A stretch of DNA of 64,000 nt from Malacoraja senta (Eukaryota), in NCBI GenBank assembly GCA_038087875.1, contig CM075980.1:11842001-11906000 (forward strand). The letters run 5' to 3'. The translations under genes and the position numbers were made by a program. The notes under the pieces were generated by a model that saw only the letters and a program-made list of their open reading frames with translations, ran no database searches and was not told the DNA's origin. Positions 52,500 through 64,000 of the stretch are shown here, one piece after another. Numbering within the stretch: the first letter of the stretch is position 1; each line of letters opens with the position of its first letter.

Positions 52500-53130
52500 T
52501 TTATTGAGGCATATTTAGCCTTAAAAATCACTCCATTCTGAGGTTCCTGCATCAAGGCCACCACCAGAGTCATCCCTGAACCAAAGAAAAGCAAGGTCAC
52601 ATGCCTTAATGACCTGATGGCTCTGTTATCCACCTTCAAGTGCTTTGAGAGGCTTTTCATGGAGCACATCAACTCCAATCTCCCAGACAACCTTGATCCA
52701 CTGAAGTCAGCTTACAGGCGCAAGAAGTCCATGGCAGATGCCATTTCCCTGGTCCTACACTTATCCCTGTAACATCTGGATAACAAGAACACCTATGCCC
52801 GATTCCTATTTTTGACTATAGCTCCACCTTCAACACCACAATTCCCATTTAATTCCTGGACCTAGGATTCGGTAACCCCCTCTGCATCTGGATCCTACAT
52901 TTCCTGACCCATGGACTGCAATCAGTAAACGTAGGCGAGAAAACTTTCTCCTCGTTAATTCTCAACACCCATGCTCCGCAAGGTTGCGTGCTCTGCCCTT
53001 TACCATCTTCCCTATACACTCTTAACTGTGCGGTCAAATTCAACCATAGTGCACATGCCTTAGTCTGCATCAATGGTGCTGAAATGGAGATGGTCGAGAA
53101 CTTCAAGTTCCTGGGCATAAATAACATCAA
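52500..53130 (+). mobile_element. Rex1/Babar-type LINE RT fragment
   Basis: KCFERL..LDPL..AYR..DAISL..LNTHAPQGCVL motifs, degenerate. Confidence 0.75.
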
Positions 53131-53539
53131 CAATTTGTTCCTTTTCTCCCTTCTCTTCCCCGAGCTCCACATGGACCTGCACCCATTTCTCCTCTTTCCC
53201 CTCCCACCTCTATTTCTTCCTCTGGCTACACAATTTGCACCTCTTCTATCTTTATCTCACACTTTTTATTGCGCTTTCCCTCTGGCCGTAACACTATATT
53301 CTGCACATTGTTTTTCTCCTTGCACAGTTGTACTTGTGTATGGGTTGATTGTACTCGTGTATGGCATGATTTGACTGCATAGCTTGCAAAGCAGTTTTTT
53401 TTTGCAAAATCTCAGTACATATAACAATAAATACCAATATCATTGTTTTCATTACAGTCTAGGTACGTACCTGGGAGATGAAGGGTAAGGAAATAACATT
53501 CAGAGCAACAAATATGACCAAAGAGATAGAGCACAATGC

Positions 53540-53817
53540 CTTAGCACCTCATATTCCGCTTGGGCAGTCTACATCCTGGGGGCTTGAACATTGAATTCTC
53601 CCAATTCTGCTAGCCCTTGCTGTCCCCTCCCCTTCATCAGCCCTCTGGTTGTCTCCTCCCCTCCCCTAGCCCTCGGGCTCCTCCTCCGCCTTTTTTCCTT
53701 TCTTCTCCCCACCCCCTATCAGTCTGAAGAAGGGTTTCGGCCCGAAACGTTGCCTATTTCCTTCGCTCCATAGATGCTGCTGCACCCGCTGAGCTTCTCC
53801 AGCATTTTTGTGTACCT
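53540..53817 (+). mobile_element. Penelope-derived insertion, 14-bp TSD
   Basis: gagatagagcacaa at 53523-53536 and 53818-53831. Confidence 0.75.
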
Positions 53818-56800
53818 GAGATAGAGCACAAAATGGGCATGCAAATAGGAAATGGCTGTATGGAGCTGGAGTGACCGACCAGGCCTCTGTTTGAGATTTC
53901 AAAGACCAAAAAAGAAAGGTAGATACAAAAAGGAAATTTTATTTTTGGACAACGAGTATGGCTGAAGTACCGAATGTGCATTTGATGTCAGTCGTCACCA
54001 AGGAAGATGATGGTGCTAGAGTCTCAGCAGAGGAAGATGCAGATGAAATAAAATTAGAAAATGCTGGAAGATTTCAACAGGACAAACAGCATCAGGTAGA
54101 AAGAAAAACTATTTATGTTTCAGATCCTGAACTGATAAAAAGAGAAACAATTTAATACGTAGATCGCCTCGACGACGGAAGATTTGAGTTCCCCAACCGT
54201 GGGAGAACAATGAAGGGGAGAAGATTGAACTTCTTTTGCCTTCCATTACAGATAGAAATGTGGGGGAGTCGCTGTGGTGGATGTCCATGTTAAAAATGTA
54301 TTTGGGTGTCTTGTTGCTCTTTAATGGTATGACTATGGCAAATCAAATTCCTCGTATGTTGCAAAACATGCTGAGCTAATATATTACTATTATGATTATG
54401 ATTATGAATAGGGCTTGTGGCAGAATCAAGGAAGTGTTAATGAATATTTCTGAGAGAATGGGGGAATAAATAGGGGAATGGGATGGATCTGAAAACCAGC
54501 ATACATTTAGTGAGTAACTAACTCCTCTTTTGCAAGGAAATATAGTGCAAATGTAAACTAGCCAAGTATGAAATGTTAACTGCTAGAGAGACTTTCAGGC
54601 TTCCACCAGCCTGTAAAGAATGGTTTTCTAACTTTCTTCCTGAAACTTTTAGCTTGAACTGTCTCCTGGTTCTAGATTCCCCAAGCTGCAGACCAAAGCA
54701 TGGCTGGGGAATTCAGCAAGTGATGAACAGAATTAAGCGTGGACTTAGAAATGTCCAAGTTAAAAAGAGGCATTCTTAATGACAGAATGCGCAAACGTAA
54801 CTTTAAAGGGTCTTGACCCGAAACGTCACCCATTCCTTCTCTCCAGAGATGCTGCTAGTCCCGCTGAGTTACTCCAGCTTTTTGTGTCTATCTTCGGTTT
54901 AAACCAGCATCTGCAGTTCCTTCTTACACAAATGTAACTTATGATTGGTCTTTCAGCTTCAAGCAGCTGAGAGGAAGGGGACTGGAATTGCTGGTTGGGG
55001 ATGAGTTTGTGATGGTAACTGAAAACACTGAGCTGGAGTGACCGACCAGGCCTCTGTTTGAGATTGTGCTAATCCTCTGCAGCCACCTGCTCTTGGATAC
55101 TGCTGGCACTGTCACCTTGGTTGTTACACAAGTTGATCCAGTCTGCAGATGGCAAATAGTGGCCAGGCAGTGGAAAGTAAAGCCTTATTATGAGTGCTCT
55201 GATGGCCTTCTGACAGAAGGACCAACGGGAAAAAATGTCAATGAATAACAATTAATGGAGGAAACAAATTTACTTAAGACGCATTTAACATTTATTTAAT
55301 TAAAATGTTACATGGCAAAAACCCTATTCAAATGACTAGGTCACACCAAGACATAACAGCTATGTCTGATGTAAAACAGATAAGTCAGAATAAAAACTGT
55401 ATCCATTGCTTCAGCTCTGAACATCACCGATACCATTCAGAACAAATAGAATGAACTGCACTGGCAAGAGACAGGAGCAATAGCGGACAGATACTCAAAC
55501 TGGCAGGTGGTGATGAAAAGTTCCCATAAAAAACTGTTGGTAGAACAACTGAAGAAAGGTCTCGATCTGAAACCTCACCCATTCCTTCTCCCCAGAGATG
55601 CTGCAACTTTTTGTGTCTATCTTCGGTTTAAACCAACATCTGCAGTTCCTTCCAACACATACAGCATATTATAAATCTTGGATGATGGGACAGAAAACGA
55701 TGCATCTTGGTTTGACATTTTTGTATCACTGCATATAGAAACAGTGATTGGAGGGTTACGTGAATTGGCAAAACAATGTCAAACGAATTTCAATGCAGGC
55801 AATTGTGAGCTTGTTTACTTCAGAAACAAAAAGATGAGAAAAATGTTTATGAAAGGATTGGAAAGGAGCCTGTGTGTATGGGCTATTAAAATGTCATGAA
55901 TGCTGTAGAAAATAGTCAAAAAGGCCTTAATATCTAGAGAACGATAATGCAAAGGTTTACTAATCACACGACCTAAATATGGAATACTGTGTTCAGTTGC
56001 AGATATCAACTACCTTTGGAAGGATATATTATCCTGAGAGAACACGGCATGCGTTCACACGATGTCTGAATTGCAAGGATCAAGCGATATCTATGCCATA
56101 TTTCTCATAGGCTCTGGCAGCCCCAAAGGTTTTTGTACATTTTTCCCCCACTGTAATTTACACTAAACTAAATTGTTGATGCCATATAGGAATGGCAGCA
56201 ACTATTTTTTACTTCAGCAAACTACCAGAAATATTCATTTGATAATGACCAGATTACAGTCTTGTGGGATAGTTGGGCAGAGGCAGCCGTTCAAGCAATA
56301 GGCAATGATCACCTCCAGCAAGCAAAATTGTTAAATACAACTCCGTCATTCAGTGACATTGCCGTCATCTGATCAATGAACAATTTAGAGGTCATCATTG
56401 ACCACAAATATAACCAGAACAGCCATACAAATGCTACGGCTAACAAGAGCAATTCAGAAGCAGGGTATTCTCATGAGAAAATTAAATTTCCTGACTACCC
56501 CCATTCACAAGACAGGAGAATAATGGAAAACCCCTCACGTGTGGCAATGTGGGAATCGTGATACTAGTCAAGCAGCTCGATGCTACCCAGATCAAAGCTA
56601 TTTGCTTTATTAGCTTAGCCCCTGTGCACCATGACTACTGTGTGACTCACAATTAATCGCCAAGACTTTAATGTCATCTGCAAACCCGAAGAAAGAAAAG
56701 GATAACAGGTCAACTGCAGGTTCTCTTCCAGTCAGAAGCACACCATTCTGATTGAACATCGAGATCTTTAAGAAAGAACTGCAGATGCTAGAAAAATCGA

Positions 56801-58042
56801 AGGTAGACAAAAATGCTGGAGAAACTCAGTGGGTGAGGGAGCATCTATGGAGCGAAGGAATAGGCGACGTTTCGGGTCGAGATCCTTCTTCAGACTGATG
56901 AGAGATCCTGGGCTTTATAAGCAGAGGCAGAGAATGAACATTAATATAGCACTGACACTGCTAAAAATAGATGGCAGTGCCTGGTTCTCCTGCTGCTTAA
57001 GAAGAAATGTAAATGCTTCAGAGGGGCAAAAGAATTTTACAAAAATTCTAATATTGAGATTTTAATTACATTTGTTCTCCTTGGAGAAGAACTCGCAAAG
57101 GGACCCGTTAGTTGTCTATAATCGTGATTATAGACAGAAAAGATCAAGAAATTTGTTCAACGGCAAAGAATAAAAAATAACAAGTTTTTATTTAAATGCA
57201 TCAAATCCCTACAACACTGCATCCCCTCTTTCTCTACTGGACAACTCCTTGTTCCAAAACGCCATAACAACCATCTTCCAAAATGGTTTATTCAAGGGCA
57301 GCATTATACCCTTCAGTGGAGAGCCATTCCTCAGTATTCTCATTCTCTACTAAACCTCCATCATACCAACCCTGCACTGATGTTGCTCAATTCCGTGGAG
57401 TGAATACATCTGGAGGAAACTTCCCACTTTCCCTTACATGGAGGCTACAATTCAGATTTCAGTGCAATGACTTACAGATGAAGAATCTAAAGATACAAAA
57501 TCCTCTGCTGACTGCCTTACCCAGGATAGATTCAACTTTACATTCCACAGTACAAATACAGAATCTTTTCTGCCATGATTTAATTTACATTATTTATAGC
57601 TTTTTTGTTCATCGGTACAAAACAAAGAAACTTACACAATAGCAATGTACACAATTCTAAATAATGTCTTCAGTTGACAGGAACCTCTCCAAAGACAGAA
57701 CATAAGAGGCAGTTTTTCTTTCCACGCTATACCATGACCCAACTCCATTCAAGACCTCATTTAGGTCCTCTGACCTTGACCTCCACCCCACAACACAGAA
57801 CTTTCAATGTCACAATCTCAGAGTGACAATCCACACCAGTGCATGTAGATACTAATCAGCACATTTCTACAGACAATTATATAAAATCTTGATTTTAAGT
57901 TGTACCAGATTAGAGCGTAGACACTTTTTTTAAAGGAACATGGGTCCCTTAAAATTTACTTTCATGTACATTGATAATATAAATATAATTAAAGATTGCA
58001 TATTTGAGATCATAAACCAAATTACATAATCTAGTCACTTAC

Positions 58043-58165
58043 CTGGACAATCGAGTTCATCACTGCCATCTTCACAGGTCTGCCATCCATCGCAGTACCA
58101 GCTCTGAGGAATACACTGAATAGTTCCAGTCTTGCAAGCAAATTCTCCAGTTGTACAGCGCAGCT
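58043..58165 (-). CDS. DGCR2: DGCR2 LDL-receptor class A domain exon (123 bp)
   Basis: [41 protein letters not shown]. Flanked by ttcag| and |gtaagt. Confidence 0.97.
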
Positions 58166-58850
58166 CTGAAAAAAAAACACAGGCCAATGTTAGCACATCA
58201 GCTGCTCATCCAAATGCTGCTTCTATAATACTTCCAATTGAAAAACAATATGCAGCTAGAGACGTGCCTGCACAACCGGGTGTCAAATTAGAGAGGAGAA
58301 CAGCAGGGAAAAGTCCCATATCTCTCTAGACACAATAACATGCAAAACAGAATTAAAATGTGGATGTGTTGCCATTAAATAATGGGGTCTGTTAATATTT
58401 GAGAGAAAGAAAAACTTAATACTTAGGATAAAATCCCTAACAAATGCAATCTGGGAACACCAGTTCACCTGAAGTCCATCAGGGAAGTGGGAATGATCCA
58501 TCAGGGGGTCAGTCTGTAATGCTAGTTGTCAGGGCCTACTTGGGTGGCTGTGGATATATTAAAGATGTATAATGAACTTGCAAAGAACAGAAAATTCCCT
58601 CTAAACACAAATTTATCTATCTCCCTCCTGCACTGCAAGTCTACCACCATCTCGCGACTTGAGTCAGAAACATGGCTACCAATACTAAAGGGATTATCTC
58701 CAGAAAGATGCGTTTCCTAACTGCCCACACATGCCAGATGTATTTGATTCATTGTATCATCAGTTATAAATAGTATTAAAATTTGTCAAATAAGTTGCCT
58801 CACCGATAAAAACGTGCCATTTATTTTTCACATCATGTCAAAAAACCTAC

Positions 58851-58883
58851 CTGACAGAAGTCTTGCCAGACCGAGCCGTGGGC
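58851..58883 (-). CDS. DGCR2: Probable DGCR2 33-nt micro-exon upstream of LDLa exon
   Basis: ttctctcaattacag|GC CCA CGG CTC GGT CTG GCA AGA CTT CTG TCA G|gtaggt. Phase 1-1 and frame-preserving. Encodes PRLGLARLLS. Confidence 0.65.
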
Positions 58884-59689
58884 CTGTAATTGAGAGAATG
58901 AGCAGTTTAAAAATGGCTAATGACATCCATAAACACATGTTACAGACACATTTGCCAAGCCAAGGGTCTCAGGTTGGACTGTGTCCCAAAACAGTGCCAC
59001 ATTTTTACAACATCAAACGACTCTTTACCAACTCGGTCCAGGCACAGGCGAGAACGATCTTGAAATCCCATGTTAGGACTCAAGATTTGAAAAGTTCCTC
59101 AGCTGAATATGAGACACAGGAAGCGCTGTGCCACCATCAATCCAGAGTATCATTGTTCCAAGATATAGTGGACCACATAATCACCAAGGGAATATAGAAA
59201 CAAGGCATGTGTTTCTATCATAACATAATCAAATACTGAAAGTTATGAATTAGTTAGGAGTATAGCTTGAAAGGTCAAGGTATTAAGGTGTATATTGCAT
59301 AAAAATATTAATTGTTAATAATCACAAGCTACAGTGGTTGGAGAAGAAAGCTATAAAAGCAAATAGCAGATGGATGTTGAGACAGCATTCTTTAATATAC
59401 AAGCTTCAGAAGATGTTTTTTAGTCGAGTTCCAGAAGTTTATGCCCATGGTATTCTCTGGGGGAAATGATAAACACACCACATTGCGATTAGGGAAAGGA
59501 AGCTCCTGTTATCTCTACCTTTAGACAGATAGAACAATTACATTATTTTAGTCAGTGCCATGAGTGGACTTACCTAAAATGCTTGTCTGAAGACAATGTA
59601 CTCAAGATCACTTGAGCAAAGCTGGAGATGAACAAGCGTCACATTCACGTAACCCAAGGATGAGGTTCTTTACTATTACTGCGATCCTA

Positions 59690-60300
59690 CTGTTACCTTC
59701 CCCCTGCAACCGCAGGAGATGCAACACCTGTCGCTATACCTCCTCCTTCAACTCTGTCCATGGACGGCGACAGTCCTTTCAGCTGTGGCAGAGACTCACT
59801 TGCACCTCTCCAACCTCATCTACAGGATATGCTGTTCCAAGTGTGGAGTCCTATATATCGGCGAGACCACGCACAGACTGGGAAAACCTTTTGCTGAACA
59901 CCTTCGCTCCGTTCATCTTGGCTTACGCAATCTCCCAGTTGCCAAGCACTTTAACTCCCCTTTCCAATACCATTCTGAACTTTTTGTCCTGGGCCGTTTC
60001 TATTGTCAGAGTGAGGCCAAATGCAAATTGGAGGAACAGCACCTCATAATTTGTGTGGGCAGCTTACAACCCAGTGGTATGAATATTGATTTCTAGAACT
60101 TCAAGTAACCCTTGCATCCCCTCTCTCCCCCACCTGGTCGTTGTACTAGTTTCACTGCCGTCGTGTTGGGTTTCACTGACTGTATAACTCATTTTCACCT
60201 TCCCCGCAACCAACAATGGACCATTGTGGGTTCCACCTTTCCTTGATCATCGTTGCTTTTAGCATATCTTACATTCAATTATTGTGTGTCGTCTATTTCT
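59690..60300 (+). mobile_element. Penelope-like element GIY-YIG endonuclease fragment
   Basis: IYRICCSKCGVLYIGETTHRLG..AEHLRSV..PVAKHFN..EQHLI..GSLQPSGMNIDF. Confidence 0.88.
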
Positions 60301-60302
60301 CT

Positions 60303-61260
60303 CAATAGACAATAGACAATAGGTGCAGGAGTAGGCCATTTGGCCCTTCGAGCCAGCACCGCCATTCAATGTGATCATGGCTGATCATCCCCAATCAGTA
60401 CCCCGTTCCTGCCTGCTCCCCATATCCCGTGACTCCACTATTTTTAAGAGCCCTATCTAGCTTTCTCTTGAAAGCATCCAGAGAACCTGCCTCCACCGCC
60501 CTCTGAGGCAGAGAATTCCACAGACTCACCACTCTCTGTGAGAAAAGGTGTTTCCTCGTCTCCGTTCTAAATGGCTTACTCCTTATTCTTAAACTGTGGC
60601 CCCTGGTTCTGGACTCCCTCAATAGTAAGAATGTCCTTCCTCAAATTAGGGGACCAAAACTGCACACAATACTCCAGGTGTGGTCTCACTAGGGCTCTGT
60701 ACAACTGCAGAAGGACCTCTTTGCTCCTATATTCGATTCCTCTTGTTATAAAGGCCAACATGCCATTTGCTTTCTTCACTGCCTGCTGTACCGGCATGCT
60801 TACTTTCATAGACTGATGTACAAAGACCCCCAGATCCCATTGTACTTCCCCTTTTCCCAACTTGACACCATTTAGATAGTAATCTGCCTTCCTGTTTTTG
60901 CTACCAAAGTGGATAACCTCACATTTATCCGCATTAAACTTAATCTGCCATGCATCTGCCCACTCCCCCAACCTGTCCAAGTCACCCTGCATTCTCACAG
61001 CATCCTCCTCACAGTTCACACTGCCACCCAGCTTTGTGTCATCTGCAAATTTGCTAATGTTACTTTGAATCCCTTCATCCAAATCATTGATGTATATTGT
61101 AAATAGCTGCGGACCTAGCACCGAGCCTTGCGGTACCCCACTGGTCACTGCCTGCCATTCTGAAAGGGACCCGTTAATCCCTACTCTTTGTTTCCTGTCT
61201 GCCAACCACTTCTCTATCCATGTCAGTACTCTACCCCAATACCATGTGCCCTAATTTTGT
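60303..61260 (-). mobile_element. CR1 3' fragment with internal deletion
   Basis: VTSGVPQGSVLGPQLFTIYIND..FADDTKLGG, a jump to the 3' end near 60620, and a (ctattgt)n tail. Confidence 0.88.
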
Positions 61261-63414
61261 TTCCTCTTCCCCTGACTCTCAGCCTGAAGAAGTGTCTCGA
61301 ACCAAAACGTCATTCATTCGTTTTCTCTAGAGATATTGCCAGACCCATTGAGTTATTCCAGTTTTTTATGCCTATCTAAGGCTGGGGTGGTTGCTTGTTT
61401 TGATTCATTAATGAGGGTAATTAGGAAATTAATGGATAACAAGTATTTGCATATCCTTGAAACAGGCTACTTAAACTTCTGCACAAAGGGTAAAAAAAAG
61501 GCAGCTGAGCAAGAGTCCCAAGACAAATCCTTCATGCTAGATTTGGCTTAAAATCTTGATCAGCGGCAGATGAACGGCATTAAGAAGAAAAACAAGATGA
61601 CTGTTGGCACCACAACTAATGAGAGAAACCTCACTGCTCACTGTTTAGACAATCAATGCATTGTGAGAAAATCATCACATCTGGCAGACAGACACATATA
61701 GAAACCAAGAAATTGCTCTAATCCTTGATCCTCTGCATAACCTGTGATCTTGGAGAAGTTGAAAATCATATAGCTAGTAGAATAAACAAAGCCTGTTAAG
61801 TTTATATTCATCAATATCAGATTGGATTTAAGAAAATTGATGTCAAGCAGGGTTCCCAACTAACACAGCAAGATTCAGTCCCACAATTCATGCAACACTT
61901 CAAAATGACAATTACTTTGGTTGGTGAATATACAGTTACTGAGGTAAAATGCCAATTAGCTTAGTGCTGCAAAAGAACACTGCTGGCAGACCCCACCAAA
62001 CCATTTCTGTTTGCAGAGCCAACCTGCCCAGAGTTTATTCTGCATTCAATAAGAGAGTAACTGGTCTGAGGTTTGGCCTCAACGCCATGTTCTTGACTTT
62101 TGATTCCTCTGCAACCTAAAGGAGTACCTCAGCTTTGAAATACTGCTTTAATACTGCTGTAATTTTTGCTGGCAGCTTGTTAGAGAACCAATACCGACCT
62201 GCTCACTGCAAGTCAATGCATGATTGACATGTCTACCACTCGTCGTAATGTTTATAGTCAGTAATGCACTGAAGGTGGATGCTGCTACAATTTACTTCCA
62301 GCCTCACCACTGTCCTATATTTGAATTTGATCATGCTTTCAGCGAGGCTGGATTCCCTACACATCCAGCTCCTCACATTTTAGTTTACCTGATGTTCAAT
62401 TAATTTGTATCACTTCAACATATTTTTAAAAGTTTAAAAAAAAATTGTTTGACCTTTTCGGTTTTTAAACTTCTGCTCCAAAACAAACACAGTTCAATGG
62501 CCTTTGACAGGAATGATCACTTTGCACTGACGAATTTTTTAACTTTGCAAGATATCAGTGACAGTGAAATCTGGACCAAGGGGGCTGCAAAAGATTTGTG
62601 CAGTCATGGAATTGGGGAGGGGGCAAGAGTGATTAAGCAGTACAATCCCACCCAATGCCTCAACACCATCCACAGGTTCATCGTAGAGAATTGCTTCGCT
62701 TTGCAGCCCTCAAAGGGAATATCACCTCATTCGCTTCTTAAATGTAATCCCGAACTTGAGAATGCCCCTCTTGTTCAAGATTCCATCACCAGGAGAAACA
62801 TCTTCACAGCTATACATGCTCCAAAGAATCATATATTTTGATTAAAAAATCTGATTATTCTCACTTCTAGGCAGCACAGACACAATTTACTCAATCTTTC
62901 TTCAGAAGTCAACATTTTAATTCCAGGAATCAATCTAGTAAATATTTCCCCCTCTTTTGTACTTATCCGTCACATGTGTCAACTGTGTTTCTTGTGCATG
63001 GGCACCCAGATCTGCTCAAACATCAGCACTTGTCAAACTTGCACTTGATAATCAATGTTCAATTAATAGCAAAAATTCTATATTATTTATAATTTACTTC
63101 CAATCCCCCTCCAAACAGATTTTAATTCAATTTTCTGAGCCATGGTTATTTCTCCCGACTCTCCCAACATCACTATCAGAGATACTTCATTCTTGCTTTT
63201 CCTTCGAAAGGAGCTTGAATTATTGTTTTCAGCTTTGGCCAGTATATAATCACATATGCCTAATGGCTATTAGAACATTTCCATTCATCTCCATTTGTAA
63301 CATCAATTAATTTATCTCGTCACCAATGTGTTGAGCATTCAGAGATAGAGCCTTTAAGTCTTGCAAAATGTTTCCCTAATTTTGTATCTATTTGCCACTG
63401 CATTTTTACCATTG

Positions 63415-64000
63415 TTATAGAGTCATTGTTATACAACTCAGAAACATGCCGTTTGGCCCAACTCGTCCATGTCAGCCAAGATGCCTTAATGAGCTGGTCC
63501 CAATGCCTGCATTTGGCCCATATCCTTCTAAACTTTCCTATCCATGAAGCCATCCACATCTCTTAAAAGCAATTGTATCAACCTTTGCACAGTTTCATTA
63601 CATAAACTCATCATGCCGTATGAAAATCATGCCCCTCGGGTTCCCTTTAAATGTTTCCATTGTCACTTTAAAATATTCCTTCTAATTTTAGACTCACTTA
63701 GACGGGAATGGGGGGGGGGGGGAGGGAACTGACAATCCAAGTTATCTATGCCTCTCATGATTCTATATACCTCTCCAATGTAACCCTTCAACCTTCTTCG
63801 CTCCAAGGAATGGTCCTAGCCTATCCTATCTCTCCTAATATCTAAAACCCAATGCAGGTAATATCCTTGTGAATATTTTCTCCACCCTCTCCAGCTTCAA
63901 TCATATCCTTCCTATAGTTTGACAATCAGAACGTCACACAATATTCCAGATCCAGTCTCATCATCATCTAGAACAACTGTAACATAATGTTTCAACTCTT
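63415..64000 (-). mobile_element. Old CR1 3' end
   Basis: Reverse-complement CR1 3' UTR and RT C-terminal DNA, degenerate. Confidence 0.6.

Overview
Vertebrate genomic DNA, almost certainly from a cartilaginous fish (skate/ray-like, judged from HE1/V-SINE-type SINEs and CR1/HER1-type, Rex1/Babar and Penelope-type repeats). Gene order: the last two coding exons of RNF185 (+, 3.6-6.0 kb); six heavily decayed, collinear remnants of LIM-kinase kinase-domain exons, interpreted as a unitary LIMK2 pseudogene in its ancestral position (+, 15.6-19.5 kb); a PIK3IP1 gene whose kringle domain appears eroded while its TM and cytoplasmic parts stay open (-, 20.6-30.1 kb, with a CpG/CCAAT-array promoter); and DGCR2 from exon 2 to the stop codon, plus a probable 33-nt micro-exon (-, 33.9-58.9 kb). 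The rest is transposon-rich. It includes a young CR1 LINE with an uninterrupted 981-codon EN+RT frame nested in an older CR1, a Gypsy LTR/gag relic, and many short Penelope-derived insertions with 13-16 bp TSDs and hammerhead-ribozyme-like cores. All homology calls come from by-eye translation against remembered protein sequences, not database searches. Repeat boundaries are approximate.
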